From: a virus
Lineage: Duplodnaviria; Caudoviricetes
IMG/VR virus record: IMGVR_UViG_3300022752_000014
Strand: one strand, 5' to 3'
Length of the DNA: 64,000 bases
Shown: piece after piece, positions 34,517 to 42,620 of the stretch
Numbering within the stretch: position 1 is the stretch's first letter
How the letters are laid out: the number at the start of each line of letters is the position of its first letter
Notes under the pieces: model-generated
The model's database searches: none
The model's input: only the letters and a program-made list of their open reading frames with translations
What the model was told of the DNA's origin: nothing
Made by a program: the position numbers and the translations under genes

Positions 34517-34545
34517 TTGACTTCATTAAGAGACTCATATATAAT
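34517..34545 (+). promoter_or_regulatory. sigma70 promoter TTGACT-N17-TATAAT
   Basis: TTGACT at 34517-34522, 17-nt spacer, TATAAT at 34540-34545. Confidence 0.8.
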
Positions 34546-34568
34546 AACACTGAATACATTATTCGCAT

Positions 34569-35189
34569 ATGGCATTTCAATCAATTTGGTATTTTTCGGA
34601 TCTACCAGAAGACGTAGTAGATATTCTGGAACGAGATCTCACAGAGAAGTTTGATGAACAAATGGCAGACTCCCGCCTGCACGGAGATGCCTTAAACAAA
34701 GATAAACGAAACTCACAAAATGCTTGGATTCCCACCACACATTGGGTTGGTGGATTCGTATGGCATTATATTCAACGTGCAAACCGTGAGAATTTCCTCT
34801 ATGATTTGCATTGTATTGATGGCGAATCAATGCAATTTACAAAGTATGAAACAGGACAGTTCTATGGTTGGCATAATGACGCAGGACTTGCAACTCAATA
34901 CAAGCCTGTAAGTGTTGGCAATCGTCAAGAAGGTCTTGCACAAGACTTTCTGAACGAAAGCACCGAACTTGTTCGTAAACTTTCCTTTGTGGTTCAACTG
35001 TCTGATCCTGATGATTATGAGGGCGGAAACCTACAACTTCTTGATGAAGCAGGTCAAAGTTATATTGCACCCCGTAAGCGTGGCACTGTGATTCTGTTTG
35101 ACTCCCGCACAATGCACAGAGTTCTTAAGGTTACAAAAGGAACTCGCAAGAGTTTGGTAGGTTGGACAGTTGGACCCCGCTGGAAGTGA
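34569..35189 (+). CDS. 2OG-Fe(II) oxygenase (PKHD/prolyl hydroxylase type)
   Basis: FYGWHND...RKLS..VQLS...YEGG.L...FDS...HRV..VTKGTRKSLVGW. Confidence 0.9.
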   Translation: MAFQSIWYFSDLPEDVVDILERDLTEKFDEQMADSRLHGDALNKDKRNSQNAWIPTTHWVGGFVWHYIQRANRENFLYDLHCIDGESMQFTKYETGQFYGWHNDAGLATQYKPVSVGNRQEGLAQDFLNESTELVRKLSFVVQLSDPDDYEGGNLQLLDEAGQSYIAPRKRGTVILFDSRTMHRVLKVTKGTRKSLVGWTVGPRWK

Positions 35190-35197
35190 GGTAAATT

Positions 35198-35908
35198 ATG
35201 GCAGAACAAATGACAGAAGAGCAGCTGCAATGGCAGGAGCGGCAGAACACTGGTACTGCTTGGACACGTAACGAATCCTTTGAAAAGAATGGATACTTGG
35301 TTCTCAAAGACCTATGGAATCCAGAAGAGCTCTACCATCCAGTTCCACAAGAACGTGGGCAAATGAATTGGTGGGGTAAAAAAATGGATCAGTTCACGTA
35401 TCAAGAAGTAGAGATGCAAGTTGAAGGATCTCTTGCACGTTATTGGCATCCACAATATCGTGAGATTCATTGCGGTATTCGTATGAAACTAGAGAAAGAA
35501 CTGGGTCGTAAACTGTATAACACATATTATTACGACCGTTATTACTTCCCAGGACAAGAACTCACTCGTCACGCAGACCGTGATGCCTGTGAGATTTCTG
35601 TGACGGTTCATATCAGCACTAATCTACAGGAAGAGTGGCCAATCTGGATTAAGACTCCAGACACTTATGCAGATAAAAAGAAAACACAGGTGTTAGTTCC
35701 TGGTGAAAATCGTTCCGTGATTTTGAAACCTGGTGATGGTATGGTTTATAAAGGATGCGAACGTCCTCACTGGCGTGATCCGATGCCTAGTGGTAAGAAA
35801 AAAAGGTTTGGAAAAAATCAAGAAGAACTTTATTATCATCAAATTTTCTTCCATTACGTTCTTCAAGACGGGCAACGTGCTCATTGTGCTTGGGACAGAG
35901 CACGATAA
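35198..35908 (+). CDS. 2OG-Fe(II) oxygenase-like protein
   Basis: L.RHADRDACEISVT (HxD) and YKGCERPHWR...YHQIFFHYV. Confidence 0.75.
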   Translation: MAEQMTEEQLQWQERQNTGTAWTRNESFEKNGYLVLKDLWNPEELYHPVPQERGQMNWWGKKMDQFTYQEVEMQVEGSLARYWHPQYREIHCGIRMKLEKELGRKLYNTYYYDRYYFPGQELTRHADRDACEISVTVHISTNLQEEWPIWIKTPDTYADKKKTQVLVPGENRSVILKPGDGMVYKGCERPHWRDPMPSGKKKRFGKNQEELYYHQIFFHYVLQDGQRAHCAWDRAR

Positions 35909-35938
35909 ATAAATAAAACAAAGAGTAAGTAGAAAGAA

Positions 35939-37282
35939 GTGCCACTCAATTTTCCGAATAGTCCTGGAATAGGAAGTGTATATACAGATGCCACATCAGG
36001 TTTCTCTTATGAATGGGATGGAACTTTATGGAAAAGTTATAGTGCAGCAAGTTCATCAAATATTAAGATTTTAGATGATATTAGCGGAAGTTTCAATGGT
36101 TCCACTCAAACATTTACACTTACATCTGGTGGAATTTCGTTTGTTCCTGCAAGTGCACAATCATTAATTATTACTCTTGGTGGTGTAACTCAAAAACCAG
36201 TAACTGATTATACAGTAAGCACCACAAATATTACTTTTACTGATGCACCACAGGCAACATTAAGTTTCTCTGGTATTTCTCTTGGTCCTGCTGTTCCTCT
36301 CCCTTATGCAAATGACGGGAACATTTATATTCGTAATACTTATACTGGCGCAGGAACTACAGGTCCTTTTAGTTTCCCAGAAGGATATACAGTAGGTTAT
36401 TTGGATGTCTACCGCAATGGAGTTCGCCTACGTTCTGGTAGTGACTTTGTTGGAACAAGTGGAACAAACTTCTTCTTAACTGATGCTGCAGCGGTTAATG
36501 ATGAAATTGAAGCTATTGGTTACAAAGTTTCTTCTCTTGTTCAGGCAAATTCAAATTTAGATAATTTAAATGTTACTGGCATTACCACTACTGGAAGACT
36601 ACAAGTTACGACTAATGCTAATATTGTCGGTATTGTAACTGCATCAAGTTTTGTTGGGAATTTAACTGGAACTGCATCAACTGCAAGTTTCGCAACGACT
36701 TCATTTGGATTATCAGGAAGTCCTAATATTACAATTGGAAATCTGACGGGTGTTGCTGCTACATTTACTGGTAATGTCTCTATTGCTGGAACATTAACTT
36801 ATGAAGATGTGACTAATGTTGATTCAGTTGGATTAGTTACAGCTAGAACTGGCGTAAAAGTTACTGCAGGTGGTGTTGATATTACTGCTGGTGGTCTTAA
36901 TGTCACGGCAGGTGTTTCAACGTTTGCTGGTATTACAACAGTTACTGGAGAGACTTTATTTGCAAAACAATTAAACGTTTCTGGTGTCGTAACTGCAACA
37001 GATTTTAATTCTTTATCCGATGTCAACTATAAAGAAAATATTTCTACAGTTCCTGACGCATTATCAAAGGTAGAACAACTACGTGGTGTCAAGTTTGATT
37101 GGAAGGAAAGTGGTCTTCCTTCTTATGGTGTGATTGCACAAGAACTAAAAGAAATTCTGCCAGAACTTGTACACGGAGACGATCCTAAAACAGTGAACTA
37201 CAACGGTATTATTGGTGTTCTTATTGAAGCGATCAAAGAATTAAAAGCAGAAATAGAAGAGTTTAAGAAAAAAGATTCATAA
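35939..37282 (+). CDS. Tail fibre with C-terminal peptidase S74 chaperone
   Basis: SDVNYKENI..VPDAL.KV.QLRGV.F.WK...GVIAQE...LPELV...VNY.GIIG.LIEAIKEL. Confidence 0.85.
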   Translation: MPLNFPNSPGIGSVYTDATSGFSYEWDGTLWKSYSAASSSNIKILDDISGSFNGSTQTFTLTSGGISFVPASAQSLIITLGGVTQKPVTDYTVSTTNITFTDAPQATLSFSGISLGPAVPLPYANDGNIYIRNTYTGAGTTGPFSFPEGYTVGYLDVYRNGVRLRSGSDFVGTSGTNFFLTDAAAVNDEIEAIGYKVSSLVQANSNLDNLNVTGITTTGRLQVTTNANIVGIVTASSFVGNLTGTASTASFATTSFGLSGSPNITIGNLTGVAATFTGNVSIAGTLTYEDVTNVDSVGLVTARTGVKVTAGGVDITAGGLNVTAGVSTFAGITTVTGETLFAKQLNVSGVVTATDFNSLSDVNYKENISTVPDALSKVEQLRGVKFDWKESGLPSYGVIAQELKEILPELVHGDDPKTVNYNGIIGVLIEAIKELKAEIEEFKKKDS

Positions 37283-37356
37283 ATACTTCTTGTAAGTGCC
37301 GAGTGGAGACACGAAGATGGCCAAGAGAACCTCTTGCATAATGGGAGGGTGAATAG

Positions 37357-37716
37357 ATGGCAATACAAATATCAGGAACTACTGTCATTGACAATAGTAG
37401 AAATTTAGCAAATATTGCTACATTTGACAGCACAATTGCATCTATTTGGGATCAAGTTACAACCACAGCAACATCAAAAACTCTTGTAAATAGGGAATAC
37501 TGTGTAGTAACTGCTTCAGGACAAACAATCACTCTTCCCGCATCTCCAAGTGCTGGATGGGAAGTTACGATTAGTGTTGGGGCTTTTTCCGATACTATTA
37601 TTGGTAGAAACGGTCAAAATATTATGAGCGTTGCTGAAGATATGACTGTTGATGTTCAGAATGCCACCATAAATTTAATTTTTATAGACGCAACAAGAGG
37701 TTGGAGGATTTCTTAA
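37357..37716 (+). CDS. Small fibre-tip/adaptor protein
   Basis: ITLPASPSAGWEV.I...TIIGRNGQNIMSVAEDMTVD...L.F.DATRGWRI, similar to distal fibre-tip modules. Confidence 0.6.
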   Translation: MAIQISGTTVIDNSRNLANIATFDSTIASIWDQVTTTATSKTLVNREYCVVTASGQTITLPASPSAGWEVTISVGAFSDTIIGRNGQNIMSVAEDMTVDVQNATINLIFIDATRGWRIS

Positions 37717-38841
37717 ATGTCTAATATTACTCAATTTTTTCCAGCACCATCATCCAGTTCTGGTGGAAAAACAATTTCTGGTTCAGGAAAATTAAATAGA
37801 GAAATTTATCTAGGACCTGCATCAGTTAAATGGATTGTCCCACCTAATATAACAGAAGTAGAAGTTCACTGTTGGGGTGGTGGCGGTAATGGTGGAACCG
37901 GATCAGGATCTGGTCTATTAGGTGGCGGTGGAGGTGGAGGTGGTGGTGGATATGTAACTCACGTTTACCCAGTGTCTGCGGGACAAGTTTTATCAATCAC
38001 TGTAGGTGGTAATGGTGGAACATCAAGCGTAAGTTGCCCAGCACAATCTCCAACAAGCCCAATTAGTGCTACTGGAGGATCATCTGGATCTCCAGGACCA
38101 GGTGGAGCAGGCGGTTCTGGAGGTTCTGGAACATATTCTATAGCACCAGGAATAAGTACATCAAGCACTTTTGCTGCTTCAGGTGGAAGCGGAGGAGCTG
38201 GGTCTCCCAATTATTCTTATCCATTACCTTCAGTAGGCGGCGGTGGGGGTGCTGCGGGTTCTTGGTTAGGAACAGGAGGAAATGGTGGTGCAGGTTATGC
38301 CTACGGAGCAACTGGCGGTGGTATTGGTGGTCCAGGAATCACTGGCGCCGGTTCTGTATTTAATCTAGGTGGACCTGGAATCAAAACAACAACAGTTAAA
38401 GGTTATGCTCATACAGTTGCAATATCAACTGCCTTTAATACTGCAATAGATTATGAACATTATAGAACTGTAACACAATCAATAGGATTTGGCGTTACAG
38501 CTTCATCAACTGCATATTGGTCAAATTCATCAGATAAAATATCTGTGGGTATAACTACTGTACCTAGACCTTGGTTCTATGTACAAGATGCTGTAGGATT
38601 TGGTTCAATCGGAGGAGCTGGTTGGGGAGGTTACGTCACTCAATCAGGCGATGCTTATCGTGGATCCGATTTTCTTGGTGGCACTGCTAGTATGAGTGTA
38701 CCGAACGTGACTTCCGATCTCGTTGCATTAGGTAATCCGTCTTCTGTGGGAGGTGGTGGAGGGGGAGGAAGTCAACATCCAAGCACGTCTTATACTCGTG
38801 GTGCTACGGGAGGAGTTGGTTGCGTTATAATTTATTACTAA
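37717..38841 (+). CDS. Polyglycine putative adhesin (374 aa)
   Basis: W.VPPNIT.V.V.CWGGGG.GG...GGGGGGY...V.VG.GG...GGVGCVIIYY. Confidence 0.75.
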   Translation: MSNITQFFPAPSSSSGGKTISGSGKLNREIYLGPASVKWIVPPNITEVEVHCWGGGGNGGTGSGSGLLGGGGGGGGGGYVTHVYPVSAGQVLSITVGGNGGTSSVSCPAQSPTSPISATGGSSGSPGPGGAGGSGGSGTYSIAPGISTSSTFAASGGSGGAGSPNYSYPLPSVGGGGGAAGSWLGTGGNGGAGYAYGATGGGIGGPGITGAGSVFNLGGPGIKTTTVKGYAHTVAISTAFNTAIDYEHYRTVTQSIGFGVTASSTAYWSNSSDKISVGITTVPRPWFYVQDAVGFGSIGGAGWGGYVTQSGDAYRGSDFLGGTASMSVPNVTSDLVALGNPSSVGGGGGGGSQHPSTSYTRGATGGVGCVIIYY

Positions 38842-38865
38842 TTAAAACTTAAGGGGAGTACTAAA

Positions 38866-39390
38866 ATGTCTAAATGGGCTAGAGTTAATTTAGAACAAAA
38901 ATCACCTATTTTAGAAGTTATAAATTATGATCCGCAAGGAGTTATTAATGAACAATTTCTAGATGAGTTTTTGCTTTGTCCAGATGAAGTTAATAGGGGA
39001 TATGAATATAATCCAGAAACTGGAGAATTTACTCTTCCAGAAGGATATGCAAAGCATCCCCATTTTGAAGCTATGGGATATGTTCCACAAGGAGATTGTG
39101 AATTAGATGAAAATGGATTTATTATTCTTCCACCTCCTCCACCCGCCCCACCCGAACCAAAATATATCTCTTTAGATGAATTTCGCTCTCAACTTACATT
39201 AACTGAAAAAATTCTCTGGGATAATCCAGAATCAGGAACTGTGGTACAAGGAGCAACAATTAAAACCATTAAGCAAGAGTTTCCTCTTCTTGTTGAGGCA
39301 GAATCAACGGTAGAAATTCTTGACTTACTTGAAGAAAAATCTATTATTGGTGAGGGAAGAGCATCTGAAATTTACAATCATTTTAATTGA
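38866..39390 (+). CDS. Hypothetical, probable tail fibre assembly protein
   Basis: Acidic 174-aa ORF with a PPPPAPPEP linker, directly after the adhesin gene. Confidence 0.45.
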   Translation: MSKWARVNLEQKSPILEVINYDPQGVINEQFLDEFLLCPDEVNRGYEYNPETGEFTLPEGYAKHPHFEAMGYVPQGDCELDENGFIILPPPPPAPPEPKYISLDEFRSQLTLTEKILWDNPESGTVVQGATIKTIKQEFPLLVEAESTVEILDLLEEKSIIGEGRASEIYNHFN

Positions 39391-39449
39391 GTTGAATTGT
39401 TAGACTAATATTAGATTTAATATTGAGTGTAAAGACTGAAAATGTTTGA

Positions 39450-39457
39450 TATAAATA
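39450..39457 (+). promoter_or_regulatory. Late promoter for fibre cassette D
   Basis: Exact TATAAATA. Confidence 0.75.
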
Positions 39458-39476
39458 TCTAAAAAGTAATAATAAG

Positions 39477-40796
39477 ATGTCAAGGGCTTCCAACCTTGCG
39501 GGGTTTTCTACAAGTATTCAATCAGTAGCACCAAACAACTTGGTTGTCGGTGTTGTAACTGCTACAACTTTTAGTGGAAATGTAACTGGAAATGCAACTG
39601 GACTATCAGGAACTCCAAATCTTAATGTTGGAGTTGTTACAGCATCAAGTTTTGTTGGAAACTTAACTGGAACTGCGTCAACAGCAACGGCGGCATCCAC
39701 TGCTTATGGACTAACAGGAACACCCAACTTAAATGTTGGAGTTGTAACTGCTACAACTTTTAGTGGAAACTTAACTGGTATTGCAACAAACGTAAGAGGT
39801 AGTGCAGGTAGAGTACTTTATAATTCTTCAACTGATACAACAGCAACAAGCGGAAACTTAACGTTTGATGGTACAACACTAGCAGTTAACTCAACTCCAG
39901 GTTCAAATACCAGCGCACTTGCAATCACTGGAACTCCTTTTGGTAGCAACACCAAGAATGGATTACTTGGAGTTGGAACTCTTGGATTTACTGATATCAA
40001 TCTGGTTGCAAACTTTGCAGGAAATGTGAATAGTTATGCACAGATTATTCTACAGAACTTAAACAGTGGTAATGCTGCATCTGCTGACTTTATTGTTAAT
40101 AGTGATAGTCCATTAGGACAAACTTATTATGGCGACTTTGGTATTAATGGAACTGCTTTTAGTGGTGGCGGTCCTTTTGGTGATACAAGCGGAACTTATC
40201 TTTATTCCAAAGGTGGAACTCTTTCTGTTGGAACTGATGATGCTCAAGATTTTAGAATTGCAACAGGAAGTGCTGTAGCAACACCAGTTACAAGAGTTAC
40301 TGTAACAGGTATTGGTGGTTCTGTTGGTATTGGAACCACACAACCAACAACAACTTTACAAGTTCAAGGAAGTTCTACTGCAAGTGACACAAGACTTCTG
40401 TCAGTTGGAGAAAGAACAACAATCATTAATGGAAACACTGCAAGTTTAGTTTATAATACTGGTGGTGGTAATATTGCAATCTGTACGAATGCAAGTGCTG
40501 ATATTACACTTTCAGTGACTGGTATTCCTACTGATACTTCTTTCAATAACACAGCAATTTCTTTTAGCGTGTTTATTAATCAAACTGGAACTGCAAGAAG
40601 TTGTACTGCAGTTACACTGAATGGATTTAATGCAACTATTCGTTGGGCTGGTGGTTCATTAGGAAATGCCACTGCAGGTGTAACAACAACAAACGGAATG
40701 GATATTTACAGTTTTACTGGAATTAATACGGTAGGATCAGCATCAACAACAGCAAACTATTATTTACTTGGAGTGGTGAATGGAGGTTTTAAATGA
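39477..40796 (+). CDS. Tail fibre protein (439 aa)
   Basis: Repeated NVGVVTA..F.GNLTG.A units and a C-terminal ...MDIYSF...VNGGF domain. Confidence 0.75.
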   Translation: MSRASNLAGFSTSIQSVAPNNLVVGVVTATTFSGNVTGNATGLSGTPNLNVGVVTASSFVGNLTGTASTATAASTAYGLTGTPNLNVGVVTATTFSGNLTGIATNVRGSAGRVLYNSSTDTTATSGNLTFDGTTLAVNSTPGSNTSALAITGTPFGSNTKNGLLGVGTLGFTDINLVANFAGNVNSYAQIILQNLNSGNAASADFIVNSDSPLGQTYYGDFGINGTAFSGGGPFGDTSGTYLYSKGGTLSVGTDDAQDFRIATGSAVATPVTRVTVTGIGGSVGIGTTQPTTTLQVQGSSTASDTRLLSVGERTTIINGNTASLVYNTGGGNIAICTNASADITLSVTGIPTDTSFNNTAISFSVFINQTGTARSCTAVTLNGFNATIRWAGGSLGNATAGVTTTNGMDIYSFTGINTVGSASTTANYYLLGVVNGGFK

Positions 40797-41887
40797 GTCC
40801 TCTAGTATCAAGGATTAATTATATTCAAGCACTCATTAAAGCAAAAAAAGGATTTCCTTCAGTCCTCACTTCGGGAACTGTATCTGGATCAACATCTGTT
40901 GGGTCTACACTTACATACACAATTGCAACTTTTTTTGGAAATCCTACACCAACCGTTACCTACATTTGGTATTCTGGAGTTACACAAGTAGCATCAAATG
41001 TCACTACATATACTGTTCAAAATTCTGACTTGGGAAATACTATAACCGTAGTTGCAACAGCTGTAAATTCATTTGGGACCATATCTGCAACATCAAATGG
41101 GGTTGCAATTCCAATACCATTTGCCACCTTTACTGTGGATATTTGGGGTGGTGATGGAGGTGCTGCTTATATATCTCCAGGGCCTGGATCTGGTGCGGGT
41201 GGTGTAGGTGGAGGTTTCGCCCAAGGTGGATATGCAAGATATCAAATATCTGCACCTGTTTTTGCAAGTATGAGATTTTATGTTGGAGCAAGTGCAGGTG
41301 CTAATTCTACCGCGCCACCTATTGGATATACAAGAGGAGGAATCACTGCTTCTGCTGGAGGCGCTGGAGGTGCAGGAGGTGGAGGAAACTCTAGTGCTAT
41401 AGAATATGCACCATCACCATCTGGTCCATATACTTGGTTAGCTGTTGTTGGTGGTGGAGGTGGAGCTGGTGTAGACTTGAATGGAAGTTATAACAGTGGT
41501 GGAAGAGGAAATGGATATGGTGGTGGAGAAAGTGCGAGTGGATCTGGTGGTTCACAAGGATCTCCATCTAATGGTGGTAATGGAGTAAATTCAAACCCAC
41601 AATTTTCTGGAGCAGGTGGAGGAGGAGCAGGTGGTGGATCTGCTGGAAGTGGTTCTGGCGGCGGTGGTGGTGGAGCAGGAAATCAAAATCCTGCAGTAAG
41701 CATACCTGGAGGATATATTAATCGTCCATCATCTAGCACAGGTGGATCAAACCATCCACAAAATTCATCACGATCTTCACTTAATGGCATTGATGGAAGA
41801 ATTCATATTATAACAGAACCAGGATCTACTATTCAACTTGATACTGGATCTGCTTCTTATACATATCCAATTCAGTCATTTAAATAA
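40793..41887 (+). CDS. Ig-like + polyglycine putative adhesin (364 aa)
   Basis: VGSTLT...GNPTP..TY.WY...YTVQ.SDLG..I.V..TA.N (Ig-like), then IWGGDGG...GGGGGAG. Confidence 0.7.
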   Translation: MSPLVSRINYIQALIKAKKGFPSVLTSGTVSGSTSVGSTLTYTIATFFGNPTPTVTYIWYSGVTQVASNVTTYTVQNSDLGNTITVVATAVNSFGTISATSNGVAIPIPFATFTVDIWGGDGGAAYISPGPGSGAGGVGGGFAQGGYARYQISAPVFASMRFYVGASAGANSTAPPIGYTRGGITASAGGAGGAGGGGNSSAIEYAPSPSGPYTWLAVVGGGGGAGVDLNGSYNSGGRGNGYGGGESASGSGGSQGSPSNGGNGVNSNPQFSGAGGGGAGGGSAGSGSGGGGGGAGNQNPAVSIPGGYINRPSSSTGGSNHPQNSSRSSLNGIDGRIHIITEPGSTIQLDTGSASYTYPIQSFK

Positions 41888-41935
41888 AAATTTAATTAAC
41901 CAATAAGAATAAATATTTAAAACTATAAAATCAAA

Positions 41936-42271
41936 ATGTCTGTACCTGTAGTCAATATCGTAATTGAAAAAGGAACGGATTTTGAAGCGACTTATAAGGT
42001 CACAAATCCAGATAGTTCTGTTTACTCATTAACGAATCAATCAGCAACAGCAAAGATTCGTAAGCACCCTGGTGCAACAACATCAAAGTCTTTTATAACT
42101 TCAATTACTTCTGGAATTGGTCAAATCAAAATCTCAATGGCATCTACAATTACAGCACAGTTGAGTGAAGGAAGAAATTACTATGATGTGATTGTTACTA
42201 ACGGAACAAGTGGTAAAGTTACAAAAGTTTTTGAAGGAACAGCAATAGTAAAAAATAGTATATCCATATGA
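41936..42271 (+). CDS. Small virion structural protein
   Basis: I.IEKGTDFE...A.AKIRKH...G.I.ISM...T..L.EGR.YYDVIV....VTKVFEG pattern of baseplate-upper-type beta proteins. Confidence 0.55.
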   Translation: MSVPVVNIVIEKGTDFEATYKVTNPDSSVYSLTNQSATAKIRKHPGATTSKSFITSITSGIGQIKISMASTITAQLSEGRNYYDVIVTNGTSGKVTKVFEGTAIVKNSISI

Positions 42272-42588
42272 CTTACAGTGTTTCGGTTTCTGGTATAACT
42301 TCTTCTTATTCAGTTGTAGTTGAAAGTAATCAATTTAGAGTTACACAGGAGACAGCAGCAATGGCAGGTAGTTTATCAGAGTTGTCAGATGTAGATACTA
42401 GTGGTATTCAGGATAGTTATGTATTGATGTATGATGCCACAACACAAAAATACAAAGGAGTTAATCCCGATACGGTTCTTTCTAAAGCAACAACAGAGCC
42501 AATATCTCCAGGATTACCTGCGGACTTTGAAGCACAATTGGATGTAGATTTAGATAATCGCATTAACCTTGATGGTGGTGGTTTTTAA
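42268..42588 (+). CDS. Small virion protein
   Basis: LSELSDVD...DSYVLMYD..TQKY fibre-like motif; ends LDGGGF. Confidence 0.55.
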   Translation: MTYSVSVSGITSSYSVVVESNQFRVTQETAAMAGSLSELSDVDTSGIQDSYVLMYDATTQKYKGVNPDTVLSKATTEPISPGLPADFEAQLDVDLDNRINLDGGGF

Positions 42589-42620
42589 ATCAATAAATAA
42601 TAAAAAAAGAGTAGAGAAAA

